38,953 nt of DNA from Hydrurus foetidus. Its lineage: Eukaryota. The position numbers were made by a program, and so were the translations under genes. The notes under the pieces were generated by a model. That model was not told the DNA's origin. It did no database searches and was given only the letters and a program-made list of their open reading frames with translations. The DNA lies in the NCBI GenBank assembly GCA_900617105.1, contig UYFQ01000776.1, positions 1-38,953 on the forward strand. The letters are read 5' to 3'. This document shows positions 33,443 through 38,953 of the stretch, in pieces (position 1 is the stretch's first letter; every line of letters begins with the position of its first letter).

Positions 33443-35327
33443 TGTCGGGATTCGGCGGTAATCCAGAAACGGAAAACGGTAGAAACAGAATTGGTTTTAA
33501 GTTTACCGAGTGAAAGATTGTGATTGTGGAATGGAAACGATGAGATGAATTGAGTGGAATGAATGTAATTGAAATGGACAATGAGTAGCTGTTGGAGAAC
33601 TGGTCGCGACCAGTTCTCTTCTGAACTGCTTAAACGTGGAAAGATCGGATCGTCATCGTGCCGTTGGGACCGCTCGGTCGTTCGGTGAGCACTGTGTTGT
33701 GTGTTTGAAATGACAATGCAATGACATGCGCCGGTAAGTGATATATGATGAATCGATATGTGGCTTATGTTATATTGAGAAATGTGGAGTACTTTCTGTA
33801 GGGGGGTGAGAAATTACAATGATGAGGGAGGGTTGTGCGAAGTATTTGGAGTGTTGAGTAGTTTGCTGCGGAACCATAAGAATTTGGAGGGGGTGAGGCT
33901 TTTGGTGAGACCATCGGCAATCATGTCGTGAGTACCTATGTGTTGGGGGACTATCTCTTTGGTTTTTTGAAGCCAGCGTATGTAGTGTGGTTTGAGGGCG
34001 ATGTGGCGGGACTTGCGGGTGATCTGGTGTGCGGTGGTCAGATTGATAGCTGGTTGGTTATCTTCGAGGATAACTGTTGGAGATGTTTGGGGGAAGCCTA
34101 GATCTGCTGCGAACTGTTGCAAGAATTTGACATCTTCCGAGGGCGAGATACTCGGCTTCGCAGGGGCTGAGGGCGACGCCGGAAGTTTCAGCGGAAGAGT
34201 GGACAGCGAATGGAGCGTTGGTCGTGCCGATCTGGATAGTGTACGCAGAGTGAGAGTGTCCGTCCGGATGGCACGCGTGGGATGAGTCAGCGGCAGCGAA
34301 GATAGTGACTCCGGATGGAAATGAGGATGGGTTGGCGGAGAAAGTAGGGCCGATGTGGGGGCAGTCTTTTAAATATCCGATGAGGTGGATTTGTTTTGAG
34401 AGGTCGGATTGGGTTGGGGAAGTATTTCGAGTGTATAGGTGGACAACTTCTTCCTGATATTGTGTCGAATTGAAAGTAGGAATATGAGAGTGCCGTTGAT
34501 GCGTAAGAAGCGGGTGCGGTCTACTGGGGTAAGGTCGGATGGGGGGGTCGAAGAAGTTTGCGGTGGATGGTGTAAGTGCGGGGGGGACGAGGTCCATGCC
34601 AGATTGATGTAAGAACTTCATGATGTGGGCGCCTTGGTTGAGAGTACATGAGTGGTCAGCGTAACGTATTAGGCGGACTCCGCAGACACCTGTCGAGGCA
34701 TCATTGAAGGCTATGGGTCCGTAGCGTCCTGTAAGGATGGATTTGAGTTCATCGCGTAGTGTACGGGATGGTCATCTCGCGTGTGGGCTTGTTGTGGAGG
34801 AAGGCGCCTGGAAGATCGAAGTCTCCAAGGAGGAGCTGGTCGAGGCAGTTACGGTGTGCAGGAGCTGAGGTAGGAGCTGAGGATGAAGGCACGATTGGTT
34901 GTGTTGGAGGTTCCTGCGTATGCATCGTTGTAGGATTCACGTGGTTGGCGGCTACCGTCGATGGCGAGGCGAGCAGTGACAATGCCGTTGGATTTCTTCT
35001 TAATCAGCATTTGACTATGTAGGAAGATGGCTTTGGGTTCGACACTGGAACGAGGGATGAGTTGGAGGGACTGGTAGGTGTCAAAATGTTCTCGCAGTTC
35101 CTTTGCTATTTCTGCAGCAATGTCGGAGGCAGGTAGGAGCTGCGAGGCTTTACGAATGGACATTTCAGCACGTTGGGGGGTAAGCGGTTGGGGTTCAAGG
35201 AGCGTGTGTCGATTGTTGAGGGGAATTGTTGGAGGATTGTCTATACGGTGTTGGCGATTGTGGGCTGCGGCGAGTCTAGCGTTGTCGAGTTTACGTTGGG
35301 CAGCGTTGATGTACGCGGAGGGAGGGG
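33443..35327 (-). mobile_element. Decayed Ty1/Copia retrotransposon 3' part (RT and RNase H fragments plus probable 3' LTR end)
   Basis: Copia RT motifs TARLAIDGSRQ and DFDLPGAFL; RNase H ADSSHA, VALSPCEAEYLAL, ILEDNQPAI, RKSRHIALKPHYIR; several frameshifts; minus strand ends ...CCCGACA at 33443 exactly where the hAT ORF is cut. Confidence 0.85.
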
Positions 35328-35544
35328 TGTGACCCGCACACCCGTACGGGCTGTACGGGTACAGGCGTACGTTCGGACCGGATCGAGGACGATCCGATCC
35401 ATCCGATTCATTGCCATGATACCTGCTGTGTTTACCTGTAAGCTAACCACATTGTTTCCATAGCAATAGCTCTCCCAGCTTCTTTTCCCTCGCTCCCGCT
35501 TCCAGCCGTCCCGCTCCCAGTGCCCAGATCCTGGCAAGGCCACA
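35328..35544 (+). repeat. Candidate LTR (217 bp) of the right-hand retroelement
   Basis: Starts TGTGACC, ends GGCCACA (6/7 inverted match); second copy not in window. Confidence 0.4.
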
Positions 35545-36097
35545 ATACCGGTATTTGGAACCAGCTAGTGATCTCTCAGATCCAAGTTGACCAAACGTCC
35601 CAACAAAAAAATCCCGCAACGACCGTAAAACAGTCTGAGCAACAAGTTGAGTAACTCTTCAGGAGTGAAAACCACCCAAAACGATACTACAAAGGTCTCG
35701 TCAACGCGACAGCCTCTGAATCGTAGTCGTTCGCGACCTCAAATATTGGCGATTTATTCCCAAAATATCGTGCAGCTCTTCTACGCGAAGGCTTACGAAG
35801 GAAAGGAACTTGCAAGCAAGTAACACCTCCCAAACTCGTTCACGAACGAAATCCAACGCGCCCACGCCCAGCTTCGTTCCTTACGAAGCCGCCGCCCACG
35901 TCCAAATTTTGTTGCGATTTCCTCCCGAAATCGCACCAAACCATTCCAATCCCCCTGACTCCTACTACCACATCCTTAACCTACTATTCCTCACCCTCGA
36001 ACAACCTACTCCTCTTTTCCCTGAATCACCGCGTCCGCGTTCCGTCGCTGTCCAAGACGCAGAGTTCCAGTGAGATTTCCCACGCCAAGTTTTCAAG

Positions 36098-38109
36098 ATG
36101 GTTAAGGCCCAAAACCCAAGAAAGAGAGCTCTAGCGAAGCTAGCTCGTCTTCCAAACGCCCAAACCCCAAAATATCCTCTTCCTATCGGATAAAGAGAAG
36201 GCTAAACTCGAGCGTCTCGCTCGAGAAGACAATATAGCCAACTCCATGAAGACGCTGGGCAAATCGGCTATCAAAGCCTCGAGCACCCATACGCGCATAT
36301 CCGATGAATTGGCGGCAAACGAAGCACGCTTCCTGCAGCTACAACAAGAACGTGAACGCAATCGCGTGCGACTTGAAGTGCTGCAGGAACAGGCTGACAA
36401 CAGATCTGATCTCGAAGATCAAGAACTGAAAGACTTGTCAGCCTGGATGCAAGAGACAAATGACTTACACAGTCTAAACCCTCAGTCAGATGAGGATGGC
36501 TCTCCAATCCGACCCCAAACCGAAGAAGAAGAGGATATCAATCCTTCTCAAACGGAAGAGGGCGACGACAAAATCGGTACCAAAATATCTCCGAAGGAAA
36601 TTCTCTCCGACGATGATAACGTCTCGGTGTCTGACAACGCCTCGGAAGAGGCGGAAGACGAACAAACCAACGACGAGGACGAAGAGGAAGACAACAACCC
36701 CGACGATACCAAGTCCAAATCGGACGAGGAAGATCAAAGTGAGTCGGAGGCGTCAACCCCACCGTCACCAAAACCGAAAAAGAAAAAGGCGATGCCAATC
36801 AAACCCCTTGCCAAAACAAGGGAGGCAAAACAACTCTCTGCCGTCCAATCTGAAGACAAACCCACGCGTGCCACCAGATCCAAAACGTCCAAAGCAACGG
36901 TAGCAGCTGCAAAGAAGTCAGCGACAGCTTCCACGAAAGCGGCTGCCACTTCAAACCGCAAACGCAAAACCGAAGAGACTGACACAGTCTTCGAACAACA
37001 ACGAACACCCCAAGCACTCACAACCTCCCTCATCAACATGAAGGAAGTGTTCTATGTAACACGTGAGACATTACTGAAGGACATGGACGGCACAGCCCGA
37101 AAGTTCTATACACAGGCGCACCGCCCTCAGTTTAATGCACCTTGGAAGGATCTCATCGAAGACGAAGCTGTCCATGTGATCCGAGACAGTCTCCTTCAAA
37201 ATCGAAAGACTCTCGGATACACAATCAAAATGTGTCAAACCTGGCCCATCATCGACGACAAACTCCTGTCCATTCGCGACATGGCCACCGATCTCAAGAA
37301 ACTATTCTTCAGTGATCGCGCCACAGAGTCTACCTATGACTTGGACCTTGCCCTGAAAAACTGGCAAATGAAGATCAAATGGCAAAACCCAAACGTAGAG
37401 TTGGCGGCAATTGCACGACTCCGAGACATCCTCTTCGGATACTACGGCAGCTACGACAATATACCTGCAGACCGCCAACATGAGATCTGTAAGATCATCT
37501 ACAAAAAGCTCCCTCTTGATAATAAGTTCACTGAAAACTTCATGAACATTACAAAGGACAAAACAAGAAACAACAAAAAGGATTCCATCCCAAACATGTT
37601 GTGCCGAATGAATCTCTGCCTCAGTGAAGCTCGGCAAACAGTTATCAACGCGTCCAACATGGGTGGTCTTCGTTACGACTTCGAGACAAAAATCACCCCG
37701 ACTCATTGTCGTCCAGCAACACAACGCAGCTCTCCGCCTCCTACCGCACGATACCCAAACGCGAATCCGACGCCTACCCAGGTCTGAGCAAAACAATCGA
37801 TAATTGCCACACCTGCGGTCGCAAGGACACAATCGCTACGATTGTCGCAATTTCATGAATCCTCATTGCAACAACTCGTATACCACGTGGAGTCAATCCA
37901 CGTTGGCAACGGAGTTCAGGAGAATTGGCCACGACCATTTCGTCCCAAACGTCCTACTCAATGGCGAAATGACCAGGACAACCAACAATCCTGGCGCGGC
38001 AACATACGTCTACCCAACCGACGACGTCGAAACTGACATGGGTCCCGCTGCAAAAGACGACCCTCGCAAGAACAACAACAACAACAGCAAGAACAACAAA
38101 GCCAAAGCC

Positions 38110-38142
<33 letters not shown>

Positions 38143-38565
38143 CGCAACAACAACGACCGGTCCAACCGCGACAACGACCGCAAAGACAATCGCGACACCG
38201 ATCGCAACGAAAACCGCGATACTCGCGACATCAAAGACCGCGGGTACAAAGGAAAAAGTGAGTCCAAAATTCCGTATGCGGAAAATATCTCAGAAAATCG
38301 TATTTTGCCAAACATGCAAATGCTTTTATCAACAATCATACCTAACGAGATTGATGATTACTTACAAGTAACAATATATCTTCCTCAGACCCAATCCCCG
38401 GCTACCGCTTTGGCGACCGAGTTGACAGCCGCGACCGCGACTCCAACCGCAAAGACGACTCGCGCCAAGCGGAAAAAGACAAAGACAAAGATCGCCGCGA
38501 TCGAGACCGGTCCCCACCCAAATCTTCCTCCAGCTATGGACCAAAATACGGCATGGCCGCCCTAG
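36098..38565 (+). pseudogene. gag-like polyprotein, frameshifted (ORFs 36246-37787 and 37804-38565)
   Basis: Acidic and basic low-complexity N-half, helical core, CHTCGR(K)GHNRYDC knuckle, poly-Asn (AAC)n ~38070-38150; likely ATG at 36098 is out of frame with 36246. Confidence 0.6.
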
Positions 38566-38843
38566 CCCAAATCGACACCGGATGTCAGGTTGGGGACGTA
38601 ATCAATCGTAGAGTCCTTCGGGGCCTACGTGGTGAACCCCAACTCCGCACCACCGACTCTCCCATATGGATGTGTTCGGGTCTAAATAATCAATGTATTG
38701 AATCCACTGCTGTCCTTGATATTGTTGTATCATTTAACAAAAACGATTTAAAATACACTTTTTCTCTTCCGGTGCGAATTGCAGAAGATTCCAAAGTCGA
38801 CCTAATCTTAGGATTAGAGACTATAAAAACTAAATTTGGTTAA
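38553..38843 (+). CDS. Retroviral-type aspartic protease domain (part of frameshifted polyprotein)
   Basis: AQIDTGCQ...DLILGLETIK. Confidence 0.75.
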   Translation: MAALAQIDTGCQVGDVINRRVLRGLRGEPQLRTTDSPIWMCSGLNNQCIESTAVLDIVVSFNKNDLKYTFSLPVRIAEDSKVDLILGLETIKTKFG

Positions 38844-38953
38844 AATCATTCCGGAATTCTTCCAATCTCCGGAAAATATCCAAAATGAAAAATTCACTCA
38901 TTACAAAAACTGAATCAATCCACAAACATGGTATTAAACCACGTGGACGTTCC

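Larger units (their letters stand above)
35328..38953 (+). mobile_element. 5' part of a second LTR retrotransposon, probably Ty3/Gypsy-like (gag + protease; runs off window)
   Basis: Long gag-like ORF, frameshifted CX2CX4HX4C knuckle at 37805-37845, retropepsin motif IDTG (D at 38574) with downstream DLILG. RT/integrase order not visible, so superfamily is inferred. Confidence 0.7.

Overview
Intron-rich eukaryotic nuclear DNA, most likely from a photosynthetic stramenopile (inferred from two plastid-type proteins with signal peptide + Phe-initiated transit-like leaders). The gene-dense part contains: the last exon of an upstream gene, a ~40-aa helical-repeat protein, a 16-exon cytosolic-type acetyl-CoA carboxylase (2307 aa by my splice model), a coiled-coil pseudogene, an LPA3/DUF1995 protein, CDC26, a 6-exon adenylosuccinate lyase, a SAM-like/WW/UBA protein, a YlmH/Sll1252 S4-domain protein, and an ankyrin-kinase-U-box gene whose ankyrin repeats sit one per 99-nt phase-0 exon (one apparently with a GC donor). 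The last ~6.7 kb is a nest of transposons: a hAT element interrupted by a decayed Ty1/Copia element, itself followed/interrupted by a second, Gypsy-like retroelement (gag, CCHC knuckle, protease). Three unrelated fold-back (MITE-like) insertions are present, two with clear target-site duplications. All splice models and family assignments were made by eye; no database searches were run.
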